A stretch of DNA of 64,000 nucleotides from an uncultured Nitrospinota bacterium (GTDB lineage Bacteria; Tectomicrobia; Entotheonellia; J063; CAVPRW01): NCBI GenBank assembly GCA_963707985.1, contig CAVPRW010000017.1:318879-382878 (forward strand). The letters run 5' to 3'. The first letter of the stretch is position 1. Each line of letters starts with the position of its first letter. Positions 21,618-33,137 of the stretch are shown here, one piece after another. A program made the translations under genes and the position numbers. Under the pieces are notes generated by a model. That model made no database searches, was not told the DNA's origin, and saw only the letters and a program-made list of their open reading frames with translations.

Positions 21618-23654
21618 ATGGCCCAGGTGTTGCCTAGTGTGTGTCCTTTAGATTGTCCCGATACCTGCAGTCTAGCGGTCACGGTCGAGAACCGGAAGGT
21701 CGTCAAGGTTCGCGGCTCCTATGTCAATCCGCTGACGCGTGGGACCATCTGTGGCAAGGTCAGCCATTACCCGGAGTTTGTCCATGGGCCGGATCGTCTC
21801 CTCACTCCCCTCAAGCGCGTCGGCCCCAAGGGGGACGGCAAATTCACCCGCATCTCTTGGGATGAGGCGCTGGATTTGATCTATGATCGTTTCACCGCCA
21901 TAAGCCGGGAATGCGGGGCCGAAGCGCTGCTGCCGTTGAACTATGGCGGGCCTCATGGGCTGCTGGCAGGCGGATCGATGGATTTGCGATTTTTCTACAA
22001 GCTGGGTGCTACCCGCCTGTCCCGTCGGCCGTTGTGCGGTGGGGTCAAGGAACAAGCCTTCTTCGGCACCTACGGAGCGGTGCCGTTGATGCGCCCGGAA
22101 CACGTCGCACAGGCACGCCTGATCATCCTCTGGGGCAACAATGTCACGGTGTCCCAATTGCATCTTGTCCCCATCATCAATGAGGCGCGCAAGCACGGGG
22201 CCAAGCTGGTGGTCGTTGATCCGCGCCGGATTCAGATCGCCCGACAAGCTGATCTGCACCTGGCCCTCAGCCCGGGGACTGATGTCGTCTTGGCGTGGGC
22301 ATTGGCGGCTGAGCTAGAGCGCATGGGTGGGTTGGACCAGACCTTCATCGCGGAGCATGTCTTGGGGGCTGAAGCGTACCTGGAACGCGCCCGTCAGATG
22401 TCGCTGGAGCAGGCGGCGCGTGTGTGTGGCCTGGAGCCGGCACAGATTCGCCAATTGGCTGAGATGTATCAGACCATCTCGCCCGCGGTCATCTGTCCTG
22501 GCAATGGGCCCGAGCGTAATCAGAACGGCGGCAGTGGATTGCGAGCGGTGTTCGCACTGCCGGCGTTGGCCGGTAAATTCGGAGTGCTAGGCGGCGGATT
22601 GCTGCAGGGGGCCAGCGCCTCCTTCCCGAAGACATTGGCCCGTCTCCAGGGAGAGGAATTCGCACCACAGGATGTCCGCACCCTCAACATTGTAACCATC
22701 GGCCGTGATCTCCTGGATCAGCACCTCAAGCCGCCGATTCGGGGATTGTTCATCTATAATCACAATGCGGTCATCGTCCACCCTGATCAGAATACCATGC
22801 GGCGAGGACTGCTGCGGCAAGACCTCTTTACGGTTGTTTGTGACATCGTCAAAACGGATACGGTGCTGTTTGCCGATGTCGTCTTACCAGCCTCCTCGCA
22901 CTTCGAATACCCTGACCTCTATCCGGCGTACGGCCAGCATTTTCTGCAGCGGGCCGAGGCCGTAATCCCGCCGGTGGGGGAATCCCTGCCTAACACCGAG
23001 ATTTTCCGTCGACTGGCAAAACGCTTCGGGTTCAGTGAACCCGCCTTCCAGGCCACCGATGCCGACTTGATGGATGAGGCATTGGCGCAGGACGATCCTC
23101 GCCTGCGTGGCGTGCAACCCAGCACCTTGCCGATCGATGCAGCCTTGGCGATGCAATTCCACGATAGCGATGCGATGTTGTTCAAGACGACCTTCCCGAA
23201 GACAGCCAGCGGCAAGATCGAGTTGCAGTCTGCCTATCTGGAACGCACCTATCATGCGCCACTGCCAACCTTCAGGCCGGTTGAGTCGAACTATCCACTG
23301 ACGTTGATCTCGCCGGGGTCGGATAAACGCACGACCTCCACCTTTGGTGGATTGCGCTATAGCGATGAGGCCTGGATCGACATGCACCCGCACGATGCGG
23401 CCATACGACGGCTCATCGATGGGATGATGGTACGGGTCTGGAACGACCTGGGCGAGGTACATTTGCGCTTGCGGGTTACTGAAGACGTCCGACCTGGGGT
23501 GATCTCTTCGCTCAAAGGCGCCTGGTTTCGGACCAGCGATAATGGGCAGACAGTATCAGCACTGGTCCCAACTCATTATGCGGATCTATGCGACGGGGCT
23601 TGTTTCAACGACACGCGGGTGGAGGTGGATCGGCTGGTGGATCAGACCTGTTAG
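21618..23654 (+). CDS. Molybdopterin oxidoreductase family protein
   Basis: CPLDCPDTC, CGKV, RISWDEAL, ADVVLPA, HPHDA. Confidence 0.92.
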   Translation: MAQVLPSVCPLDCPDTCSLAVTVENRKVVKVRGSYVNPLTRGTICGKVSHYPEFVHGPDRLLTPLKRVGPKGDGKFTRISWDEALDLIYDRFTAISRECGAEALLPLNYGGPHGLLAGGSMDLRFFYKLGATRLSRRPLCGGVKEQAFFGTYGAVPLMRPEHVAQARLIILWGNNVTVSQLHLVPIINEARKHGAKLVVVDPRRIQIARQADLHLALSPGTDVVLAWALAAELERMGGLDQTFIAEHVLGAEAYLERARQMSLEQAARVCGLEPAQIRQLAEMYQTISPAVICPGNGPERNQNGGSGLRAVFALPALAGKFGVLGGGLLQGASASFPKTLARLQGEEFAPQDVRTLNIVTIGRDLLDQHLKPPIRGLFIYNHNAVIVHPDQNTMRRGLLRQDLFTVVCDIVKTDTVLFADVVLPASSHFEYPDLYPAYGQHFLQRAEAVIPPVGESLPNTEIFRRLAKRFGFSEPAFQATDADLMDEALAQDDPRLRGVQPSTLPIDAALAMQFHDSDAMLFKTTFPKTASGKIELQSAYLERTYHAPLPTFRPVESNYPLTLISPGSDKRTTSTFGGLRYSDEAWIDMHPHDAAIRRLIDGMMVRVWNDLGEVHLRLRVTEDVRPGVISSLKGAWFRTSDNGQTVSALVPTHYADLCDGACFNDTRVEVDRLVDQTC

Positions 23655-23750
23655 AGGTTTTTGGAATGGTATTTCCCTTGACATGCAAGGCGCAGCCGTT
23701 ATGGCATCGAAGCAACTTTTTGGCCCAGCCAATCCTCGCGGGAGGAGAGA

Positions 23751-25388
23751 GTGATGAAGGGTGCGGCAGCTGTCGCAGAAATTCTCAAACGTGAAGGCAC
23801 TGAGATTCTCATCGGGTATCCCGTTAATCCTATCATCGAGGCGGCGGCGGTCGCCGATATCCGGACCATCATCATCCGTCAAGAGCGCACCGGTCTGCAC
23901 ATGGCGGATGGCTTCAGCCGCGTGTCGTCCGGCAAACGCGTCGGCGTCTTCGCCATGCAACATGGGCCAGGGACGGAGAATGCCTTCGGGGGAGTGGCGC
24001 AAGCTTATGGGGATTCCGTCCCCATCGTCGTCTTCCCAGGCGGCTATCCACGGCGCCTGATCAATATTCCACCGAATTTCAATGCGTTTCTGAACTTCCG
24101 CCATATCTCAAAGTGGATCGAGCAAGTCCCTTTCGCCGATGTGATCCCGGATGCTTTGCGGCGCGCTTTCACGCAGGTGCGCAACGGACGACCGCGCCCG
24201 GTCGTCGTCGAGATCCCCACCGACGTATTCCAGGAAGATGTCCCAGAGCCATTCCATTACAAGCCTGTGGTGGTGACGCGCTCAGCGCCGGATCCGCTGG
24301 CCGTGGGCGAGGTGGCTCAGGTGCTCGTGGAGGCGAAACGTCCGGTGCTCTATGCCGGTCAGGGGGTACACTACGCGCAAGCCTGGCCCGAGCTGCGCGA
24401 GCTCGCCGAGCTGCTGGCCGCTCCGGTCACGACGAGCCTCGAGGGGAAAAGCGCTTTCCCGGAAACCCATCCACTGTCGCTTGGCTCCGGCGGCCGTTCG
24501 GTTCCAAAAACAGTGCACGATTTCCTGCAGAATTCCGACGTCATTTTCGGCATTGGCTGCAGCTTTGCCGTGACGAATTATGGCGTGTCCATGCCACCGG
24601 GCAAAGTCATCATCCATGCGACCCTCGACCCCGCTGATCTGAACAAGGACGTGCCGGCCGAGTACGCGCTTATCGGCGATGCCAAACTCACCCTGCAGGC
24701 GCTGATCGGCGAGGTGAAGGATCGCTTGGGTGCCAGTACACGCGATACGCATCAGGTGGCGGCCCAGATCAAGCAAATCAAAGACGAATGGCTGGCGCAA
24801 TGGCTACCGAAGCTGACCGCCAATGACGTGCCCCTGTCGCCCTATCGGGTCATCTGGGACCTCATGCATACGGTGGATATCGCCAATACCATTATCACCC
24901 ATGATGCCGGCAGCCCGCGGGATCAACTCTCCCCCTTCTGGCAGCCTGTCGAGCCGCTTACCTATATTGGCTGGGGCAAGACCACGCAGCTCGGCTACGG
25001 CCTCGGATTGGCCATGGGGGCTAAACTGGCGGCGCCTGAAAAGCTGTGCATCAACCTGTGGGGCGATGCGGCCATCGGTTTCACCGGCATGGACTTCGAG
25101 ACGGCGGTGCGCGAGCGCATCCCGATCCTCAGCGTGTTGCTCAATAATTTCTCCATGGCCATCGAGCTTCCGATCATGAAGGTTGCCACAGAGAAGTATC
25201 GCAGCACGGATATCTCCGGCAATTACGCTGATATGGCCAAGGCCTTTGGCGGCTATGGCGAGCGCGTCACCCAGCCAGCTGAGATCGTTCCAGCGATCAA
25301 ACGCGCCATCAAGATGACGCAGGAGGGGACGCCAGCGCTCCTGGAATTCCTCACGGCGAAGGAGATCCAGTACTCCATCTTCCGATAA
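23751..25388 (+). CDS. Thiamine-diphosphate-dependent enzyme (acetolactate synthase large subunit-like)
   Basis: RQERTGLHMADG, HGPG, GDAAIGFTGMDFET...NN. Confidence 0.9.
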   Translation: MMKGAAAVAEILKREGTEILIGYPVNPIIEAAAVADIRTIIIRQERTGLHMADGFSRVSSGKRVGVFAMQHGPGTENAFGGVAQAYGDSVPIVVFPGGYPRRLINIPPNFNAFLNFRHISKWIEQVPFADVIPDALRRAFTQVRNGRPRPVVVEIPTDVFQEDVPEPFHYKPVVVTRSAPDPLAVGEVAQVLVEAKRPVLYAGQGVHYAQAWPELRELAELLAAPVTTSLEGKSAFPETHPLSLGSGGRSVPKTVHDFLQNSDVIFGIGCSFAVTNYGVSMPPGKVIIHATLDPADLNKDVPAEYALIGDAKLTLQALIGEVKDRLGASTRDTHQVAAQIKQIKDEWLAQWLPKLTANDVPLSPYRVIWDLMHTVDIANTIITHDAGSPRDQLSPFWQPVEPLTYIGWGKTTQLGYGLGLAMGAKLAAPEKLCINLWGDAAIGFTGMDFETAVRERIPILSVLLNNFSMAIELPIMKVATEKYRSTDISGNYADMAKAFGGYGERVTQPAEIVPAIKRAIKMTQEGTPALLEFLTAKEIQYSIFR

Positions 25389-25515
25389 CATTATCTGCGG
25401 CCGGACGCTGATGAAAACAGCAGGGAAAGCCTTGTCCATCGGCATGCCTCCGCGCTTTCATTGCCGATGCGAGTGAGGGTTTGACCCGCTGATCATGCAA
25501 AAGAGGGTCGATAAG

Positions 25516-26199
25516 ATGCGTTTCGCTCATTTGTTTATCCGTAGTGCCTGCCTTGGGCTGGTGATAAGTGTCGTGCTCGGTTTGCTGATCTCTACCATCG
25601 AAGCGGGTGATGGGGAAAAAGCTGCACCACTCCTGCAGCCCAAAAGTGCTGCCATGACGCAAACCGCGCCGGTGACTTTCAAAGTCAAATTTGCCACGAG
25701 CGAGGGCGACTTCGTCGTCGAATCGCAGCGAGACTGGGCTCCCCGCGGCGTCGATCGCTTCTATAATCTGGTGAAGAACGGGTACTACGATGACGTCTGT
25801 TTTTTTCGCGTGATCTCCGGTTTCATGGCTCAGTTCGGCATCCATGGAGACCCCAAGGTTGCGGCTGCCTGGCGCCCGGAACGCCTGCAAGACGACCCGG
25901 TCAAGCAGAGTAACAAACGCGGCTATATCTCCTACGCTATGGCGGGGCCGAACACCCGCACCACGCAACTCTTCATCAACTATGGTGACAACTCCAGGCT
26001 GGATCAGATGGGGTTTGCGCCGATTGCCCGCGTTGTCGAGGGCATGGACGTGGTCGATCACCTGTACTCTGGCTATGGCGAGGGCGCACCCAGCGGTAAG
26101 GGCCCTGACCAGGGACGTCTCCAGGCGGAAGGGAGCGCGTATCTCACCAAGGATTTTCCCCAGCTCGATTGCATTAAAAAGGCTAGCATCGTCGAATGA
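25516..26199 (+). CDS. Exported cyclophilin-type PPIase
   Basis: FFRVISGFMAQFG, AMAGPNTRTTQLFIN. Confidence 0.93.
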   Translation: MRFAHLFIRSACLGLVISVVLGLLISTIEAGDGEKAAPLLQPKSAAMTQTAPVTFKVKFATSEGDFVVESQRDWAPRGVDRFYNLVKNGYYDDVCFFRVISGFMAQFGIHGDPKVAAAWRPERLQDDPVKQSNKRGYISYAMAGPNTRTTQLFINYGDNSRLDQMGFAPIARVVEGMDVVDHLYSGYGEGAPSGKGPDQGRLQAEGSAYLTKDFPQLDCIKKASIVE

Positions 26200-26264
26200 G
26201 ACCGGTGCTCATGCAGCTGACGGTTTTGGCCTGCGGTGCAGCCTTCCGTCAAGGGAGTTGACCC

Positions 26265-27087
26265 ATGAAATTCGCGCTGATTTACCAGGTCCAGTTACCC
26301 AAACCCTGGACCGACGTCAGTGAATACCAATTATTCCAGAATATCCTCACCCAGGTGGGCTTTGCCGAGGAGATGGGCTTCGAATTTGCCCAAGGCATGG
26401 ACGGAGGAAGTCTTCCGACATCAGGGAAAATACTACCAGATCCCCGCGCGCCCCGCGCGTGAGGTCGTCCCGAAGCCGCTACAAAAACCCCATCCACCCC
26501 TCTGGGGGGCCTGCAACCAGGAAGATACGGCCTACATGACCGGCAAGATGGGTTTTGGGTGCCTGGTCATCACGCACCGGGGCGCCGAACGAGCACACAA
26601 GCTGATCGGCCTCTACAAAGAGGCGATTGACCAGGCAGAGCCCCAGGGTAGATTCGTCCACAACCATGTGGCGGCGAATACACTGGCCTATTGTGGAGAA
26701 GATCGGGAAGCAGCCAGGACCAGGGGCGCTGAGCTACTGGACTGGTATCGCCAGATGCAGCGCAGGCGCGAGGAGCGCAATTGGCAGGAAGTGGCGTTGG
26801 AGGAAGTCCCCGACGACTACAAATTCCACCTCTCGAAGGGAGCCGACAGCGGCGGGGGAGATAATATTACCGGCCGTGATCTGGTGGAGGCTACCCGTTT
26901 TCCCATGGGCAGCCCCGAGGATTGTATCAAATTTATCGAGCAGTTCGCGGCCATCGGTGTTGAAGAGTTGATGTTCAATTTTCAACTGGGCCCGGTGGCC
27001 CATGCGGAGGTGATGGAGTCGATTCGCCTGTTTGGCAAGCAGGTGATCCCTTATTTCCGCGTCACCAAGTGCAACTTCCACCCGTAG
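26265..27087 (+). pseudogene. LLM-class flavin-dependent oxidoreductase with internal deletion/frameshift near 26390
   Basis: N-terminus ...AEEMGFEFA jumps out of frame to PKAWTEE...PKPLQKPHPPLW; central part missing. Confidence 0.8.
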
Positions 27088-27560
27088 ACCCACCCGTGCC
27101 AGCCCGACTTGGTCCAGTGCGCCTCCGTATCAATCGACGTGTGGGGAACCAGGCTAGCCTCGCGATCCTTCTTATGCCAGACCCCGCCGCGGGCGCGCAA
27201 GAGCGTGCTGTCGATGGCGACCGCCCGCCCGCACGTCGCCCACGGCTGGATCACAGCCACCAGCGCTCGGCCCAGACACCCAATCTGCGCCGGCAGGCGC
27301 GCCGGGATGGTAGGCAAGCGTCGCTCCCAGGTACGGCGTGCGGGAAAGCGGCCGTCGACCGTCAGCAACGCGCGCAGGGTCTGCATCTCTGGGGTGGGCT
27401 GAGCCAACACACTCAGCAGGGCATGCACGGTGTGCAGATGCCGCACGATCATGATGACCAAGGCCTGCAGAAACAGCCGGTCCGGATACCTCGCCGGGCG
27501 GCCACGGCGGCACCTTGCCGGCGGGGGCGGGCTGGGCACCCAGCCGGCCAGTTTCACCAC
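27060..27560 (-). mobile_element. DDE transposase fragment (IS982/IS5-like)
   Basis: RRGRPARYPDRLFL, AIDST, DTEAHWTKSGWHGWVYGWKLHLV; truncated at both ends. Confidence 0.8.
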
Positions 27561-29187
27561 CTAATACCCGATGGCGCAGCCATCCTTGCGATGGTCGCTG
27601 CCTCCCTGCAAGACACCGCGCTCATGGTCAATCATAATCGCCTGGCCGCCGCCGTACGGCGTGCCGGGCGGCATCGCACCATAGGGCAACAACTCGTGCC
27701 CCATGGCTTCCAGGGCATGGCGTACCTCATGCGGGATGGCGCGTTCGAGCGCCACGAGCTTGCCGCCCATGATGCGGTAGCGCGGCGCCTCGATGGCTTC
27801 CTGCACGTTCATCTGGAAATCGATGAGATTGATCGCCACCTGTGTATGCCCCTGCGGCTGTACATCGCCCCCCATCACACCGAAACTCACCCAGGGTCGG
27901 TCGTCCTTCAGGATCATGGCTGGGATGATCGTATGCAAGGGGCGTTTACCCGGTGCCAGCGCATTGGGGTGCTGTGGATCAGCCACAAAGCCGGCACCGC
28001 GGTTCTGCAGGCAGATGCCGGTGTCGCCCGCCACGACGCCAGAGCCAAAGGCGGAGAACACGCTGTTGATCAGCGACACCACGTTGCCCTCTCGATCGAC
28101 GCAAGATACATAGACCGTATTGCCGAAGGGCAGCGGACTCCCGGCCTTATACACACCAGCCTGCTCGCGAGACATCTCCTGACGACGAGCTTTGGCGTAT
28201 TCCTTGGACAGTAAACCGGCGATGGGCAGGTCCGCGAAGGCCGGATCAGCGACGTAGCGGTTGCGGTCGGCAAAGGCTTGCTTGGTGGCCTCGATCAACA
28301 GGTGATAGTAGGGGGCAGAGCCATAGTCCATCCCCGCCAAGTCAAAACCTTCCAGAATATTAAGCGCGATCAGTGCCGTAATGCCCTGACCGTTCGGGGG
28401 CAATTCCAGAATGGTGTAGCCTCGATAGTCGATGCTGATAGGCTCCACCCATTCGGTGGTGTGAATGCGAAAATCCTCTAGCGTGAAAAAGCCATGGTTC
28501 TCCTGCGAGAATTGCACGATTTGACGGGCAATCTCGCCCTGATAGAAGGCATCGCGTCCTTCAGCAGCCAGAAGCTTGAGCGTGCGCGCCAGGTTTGGCT
28601 GGCGATGGACCTCGCCGGCCTGCGGCGCCTTACCGTCGGTCAAATAGGTGCGCAGCACTGGAGGGAAATTGCGACAGCAGCGGTGCCGACCCTTGCCATT
28701 GCTTGGCGATGATCTCGCTGACCGGAAAGCCCTCACTGGCATAGTAGATGGCTGGTTCGAGCACTGCGGCGAAGGTAAGTTTGCCGTGTCGGCGTTGCAC
28801 TTCGACGAAGGCATCGATCGCCCCCGGCACGGTCACCGATCCCAGGCCAATCTGTGGGACGCCCTTGATCCCTCGTCGTTGCAACTCTTCCAGCGTGAGC
28901 CCAGCCGGACAGCGCCCGCTGCCGTTGACCCCATAGATTCGGCCGTCCGCTGCCGCCTGATAGAGGAGAAAGGCATCCCCGCCGATCCCGGTGGAGACCG
29001 GTTCGACGACTCCGAGTGTCAGCGCGGTCGCAATGGCCGCATCGATGGCATTGCCGCCTTTTTTCAACATGCTGACCCCGGCCTCCACCGCCAGCGGCTG
29101 GCTACTGGCCACCATGCCATGTCGCGCCATGACCACCGAACGCCGCGCCGCATAGCCGGCGCGCTCCAGACGACTCGTTTCGAACAT
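27561..29187 (-). CDS. ggt: Gamma-glutamyltransferase, frameshift near 28653
   Basis: GGNAIDAAIA, GIGGDAF, ELPPNGQG, NTVYVSCVD, PGKRPLHTIIP. Confidence 0.9.
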
Positions 29188-29503
29188 GCTGACACTCCTC
29201 CTCCGAATGTGCTAAACGTATGGGATCAACGGGGCGCTATCATACGTAGGCGAGAGGGGGAAGTCAAAACCTAACACAACAGCTCAGCGACAGGGGCCGC
29301 ACTGCCATAATTCTCTGCCCGCACCACAGGGGTACAAAGCTCCGCTGCCCCCCGTCCGCTGCAGCGCCGGCACGATTACCCCCTTGGCCCAAACCCAATC
29401 AGGCTACTCCTGGCGAATTCGATTGACCGCCCGTGCGTCAATTTTCGTCTCGATACATGTTTTCTGCTCAATCACCCTGTCTTACAATCATGTTACTTCA
29501 TTC

Positions 29504-29536
29504 TAAGCTATTGATTGTATTGGCAATATTCTTGCA
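29504..29536 (+). promoter_or_regulatory. IHF site plus sigma54 (-24/-12) promoter upstream of rlpA-like gene
   Basis: TGGCAATATTCTTGCA (GG-N10-GC) at 29521-29536; AATCAATAGCTTA on the minus strand at 29504-29516 matches WATCAANNNNTTR. Confidence 0.65.
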
Positions 29537-29604
29537 CCACCTTCGTGCTGGAATGGTGATCGCACGTGCTCGGTGTGCGACGATCCTGCAACCGAAGGAG
29601 GGGC

Positions 29605-30303
29605 ATGATGCCATTTACGCGACAACTGACAGCTGTGGTAGGCACTTGGCTGTGCCTGTGGTTCATGGGGGGCGCCGTTCAGGCTGATCCGTGGTGCGGG
29701 GAACACGGCATGGCCTCGTATTATGGGAAGGGTTTTCATGGCCGCAAGACGGCCAGTGGGGAGCGCTTCTCTCAAAATGAGATGACTGCGGCTCACCGCC
29801 AGCTTCCATTGGGCACCAAGGTCATGGTGGAAAACCCCGAGACGGGGGCACAGATCGAGGTCAAGATAACGGACCGAGGGCCGTATGCAGATATGAAACG
29901 CCGCATTATTGATCTCTCTAAAGCGGCAGCCGACAGTATCGGCCTCGTCGAGCCAGGGGTGGCTCCAGTCCGTGTCGTTGTCACAGAAGAAGCCGCCAAG
30001 CAGCAGAAGAGTCCTGAGGAAGCACTCGTCTATGAGGTCCAGGTGGGCGCTTTTGAACACCACGACGAGGCGGCGGGCGTACTCGCCCAAGTCCAGGACT
30101 GGTTTCCTAAGGTGTATATGGCGCCGCGCCAGGGGCCGGCCGGCGAGTATTACCGCGTCCGAGTCGGGCCTTTTTCGACCAAGGCAGAGGCCGAGCACAT
30201 CGCCAGTGGGTTGAAGCGCGGGGGCCACCGCGTGTTTCTCGACGAAGTTCCGGAAACAGCGCTGCCTCCCGAAGCCCCTCAGCCTTCCTCTAACCCCAAA
30301 TGA
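29605..30303 (+). CDS. rlpA: RlpA-family lytic transglycosylase with SPOR domain
   Basis: GMASYYG..FHGRKTASGE, TAAHRQLPLGT, DRGPY, IIDLS, VQVGAF. Confidence 0.9.
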   Translation: MMPFTRQLTAVVGTWLCLWFMGGAVQADPWCGEHGMASYYGKGFHGRKTASGERFSQNEMTAAHRQLPLGTKVMVENPETGAQIEVKITDRGPYADMKRRIIDLSKAAADSIGLVEPGVAPVRVVVTEEAAKQQKSPEEALVYEVQVGAFEHHDEAAGVLAQVQDWFPKVYMAPRQGPAGEYYRVRVGPFSTKAEAEHIASGLKRGGHRVFLDEVPETALPPEAPQPSSNPK

Positions 30304-30995
30304 CCTGGGCGCATATCCACCCGGGCTCGCATCACCGGAGGCATCCGTATGGGTGACAGGGTGGGCGGATTGGGTCCCGCAAGGCCTGCAACCGTTGATG
30401 GGATGCGGCAGCTTACAGAGGAAACAGAGGTGCTTGGCAAATTCGCGCTCAGTATCTGTGTTGGCGATAATGGAGTGTTGACTATGGCCCTAACCCAAAA
30501 AACACCCGGAGAGGAAATCTCCCAGCGTCTTTCGTCAGACGCATCCCAGACGCCAGGCCACGCTCCGTCTTACGCCGCAACCGGTCATTATCAAGCCTGC
30601 TCCCGCAGGTCACGACTCATCAATAATTTGCAGGGTTCGAAGTTGCCTCGGCGTCATCATCAGATGGCCCGATACGCTCACGGCCTAACGACGGCCGCGT
30701 CGGGGCTGAGGTATAGCGCTGCCCAGACCCCCGCGCTGGTGACGATGGCACAGCGTTTGCTCTGAGAGACAGGCGTGCTGTAGTGGCACTGTGAGATGGC
30801 GCGCAACCGCGTGGCGAAGCGCTGGGTCTTCAGGCCCCACGCGCCCCGCTGACACGTGCTCACGGGGCGCTGTCTCACATCGGGAAAATCTCCCAGGTGG
30901 TCTCATTCTGAGACCACCTCGCTGGTGCCATTAGACGCGTGGTACCGGTGAACGATGAGCCGAGTGGGGCATGATCACACTCGACAGAGAGGAGG

Positions 30996-31379
30996 ATGGC
31001 CATGACGACGACCGCCATGGGTCTCTTTGACGGGTTTTCCGAGGCGCAGCGCCTCATCCACACGCTAGTGGCGCAGGGCATCCGGAGCGAGGACATCACC
31101 ATCATCGCGAATCGTGAGGAGACCGCTGTCAGCGAGGTCCTTGTCGCGGCGGCGTGGGGGGTGAACATCGATGTGGGCCCGGCGAGTCGAGGCCAACCGG
31201 CCGCATTGATCGCGCTCGGGGTCCCGGTGGATCAGGCTGAGGCGTATGCCATGGTCCTTGACGGCGGGGGTGCTCTGGTGAGTGTTGCCGCGGACGAGCA
31301 CCAAGTGGACCAGGTGTTGGAGCTCATGGGGCGGTATACGACCGAGGATTTCGCGGCGCAGGCGGGGTCGAAGCGCTGA
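30996..31379 (+). CDS. General stress protein-like hypothetical protein
   Basis: GLFD..SEAQR, ALIALGVP..QAEAY...GGALVSV; GGAGG RBS. Confidence 0.7.
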   Translation: MAMTTTAMGLFDGFSEAQRLIHTLVAQGIRSEDITIIANREETAVSEVLVAAAWGVNIDVGPASRGQPAALIALGVPVDQAEAYAMVLDGGGALVSVAADEHQVDQVLELMGRYTTEDFAAQAGSKR

Positions 31380-31629
31380 GCGGCCTGGTCGGGGGCAAAC
31401 CCCCGACCAGCGGATGGCTCATGCTTACGATGGGGACCCATTTGGCCGTGGCGCGAACAGTCGTCCCCTATCAACCTATCAAGGCACATCGGACTGATAC
31501 TCAAGGGTTGGGCGTCAGCATGATGACAGCCCCGTTCATCTAGACATGTCGATCTCGGAGTGCTTCAGACGACTCACTGGTAGTCATAGTGATCCCCATC
31601 CGGGAGTAAACCCGACGAGGAGAAACACC

Positions 31630-32130
31630 ATGCCAGGCATGCAAAAGATCACCCCATGTTTGTGGTTTGATGCTCAAGCTGAAGAGGCCGTTGCATTTTA
31701 TACCGCGATCTTTCGTAATTCAAAGATCGTCAGCATCTCTCGATATGGAGAAGCGGGGTATGAAGTCCACGGAAAACCAGCGGGAACGGTCATGGTCGTG
31801 GCCTTTGAGCTGGATGGGCAGGCGTTTACCGCACTCAACGGCGGCCCGATGTTCACATTCAACGAGGCCGTCTCATTCCAAGTTGATTGCGAGACGCAGG
31901 CAGAAGTGGATTATTACTGGGGGAAGCTTTCTGAGGGCGGGGATGACACAGCACAGCAGTGCGGCTGGCTCAAGGACAAATACGGCGTTTCATGGCAAGT
32001 GGTTCCCCGCGTGTTGCCCGAGATGATCAAGGACCCTGCTTCTGAGAAGTCCCAAAGAGCCATGAAGGCCATGCTTCAGATGAAGAAGATCGACATTGAT
32101 GCACTCAAGCGGGCGTATGAAGGTCAGTAG
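31630..32130 (+). CDS. VOC/PhnB-like (3-demethylubiquinone-9 methyltransferase family) protein
   Basis: KITPCLWFD, ALNGGP, CGWLKDKYGVSWQV. Confidence 0.92.
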   Translation: MPGMQKITPCLWFDAQAEEAVAFYTAIFRNSKIVSISRYGEAGYEVHGKPAGTVMVVAFELDGQAFTALNGGPMFTFNEAVSFQVDCETQAEVDYYWGKLSEGGDDTAQQCGWLKDKYGVSWQVVPRVLPEMIKDPASEKSQRAMKAMLQMKKIDIDALKRAYEGQ

Positions 32131-32364
32131 TCTGTGTACAGGCTCTCGCGAACAAACGCATCCAGCCGATGCGCAGGTATCCTCCTCAGTCAGGAGGAGG
32201 TCAACGCCACTCGGATACTGTCGGCTCCATGCTCCACGGAGTTCAAGGGTGTGCGGGTGGGATTTGCCCCCTGATGTCCATGGGGGCACGAGAACCCCGG
32301 ACCGAGGCCCCACTCCACCCCAGACGCCTGGTCGCGCCGCTATTCACGATGCTAAACCGGGAAC

Positions 32365-32650
32365 CTAGGGCGCAAGGGCGGTCAGCGCCTCAAAGTCCGG
32401 CAGGGGCAGGTAAAACGCCATCGCCTGCCGCGCCACCGCTCGGGCCTTGGTCGGGTCCTTGACCAGGAGCACCTTTTGCTCGACACAAAGCCATGGAACC
32501 GGACTGATGATGGCCCGCACCCGTGCCGTATGCTCGGGGGTGACATTGTAGGGAAAGGGTCCATTGGTCCGCGCGGCGGCGAGGGCCGTCATCTGAGGGC
32601 CTAAGGCAGCCAGGACCGCCGGGGGCGGCTTCTCCAGCGGGGGCGCGAAG
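32365..32650 (-). pseudogene. Internal fragment of F420-dependent LLM oxidoreductase
   Basis: VLAALGPQM..LAA....G.FPYNVTPEHTAR.R, LCVEQKVLL. Confidence 0.7.
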
Positions 32651-32759
32651 GCGACCCACCCCCAGAAACACACCAATATTCCCGTTGGCTTTTCGTAACG
32701 ATCAATGCAACAATACGCCTCTACCTGGAACAATTTGATGTTCCCAGAATGGGGTTAGC

Positions 32760-33120
32760 CATGTCGATTGTTGCTCTCATTGAAAATACAATCAAAGCCG
32801 ATACATCTGGCTTGCTCCTCCCACGCAGACGCAAGAAACACTTGCAGGCACAGGAGGCGTTTGTGCTCTTGACCGCCCTCGCCCATAATATTTTCGCTTG
32901 GACACGCCGGTATTGGGTTGCTGAGCCCGAAATGGGCAATGTCGGAATCTACTTTATCGTCAACGAAATACTCCCCAGACGAGGAAAACTGAGTGTCACC
33001 CATGCCTAACTCGTCAAAATACATTTGCAGGCGAGCCCTCCGAGGGCCAAGCCTGCGCTGGCGAAGCTTTTACGTATATTAGAAGAGTTTTGAATCCTGC
33101 AAATTTCGTAAGAAATTTGA
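32760..33120 (+). mobile_element. Transposase C-terminal remnant (IS1380-like, family uncertain)
   Basis: IENTIKAD..GL...RRRK..LQAQEAFVLLTALAHN. Confidence 0.55.
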
Positions 33121-33137
33121 GTGTTAGTATGAGGAAG

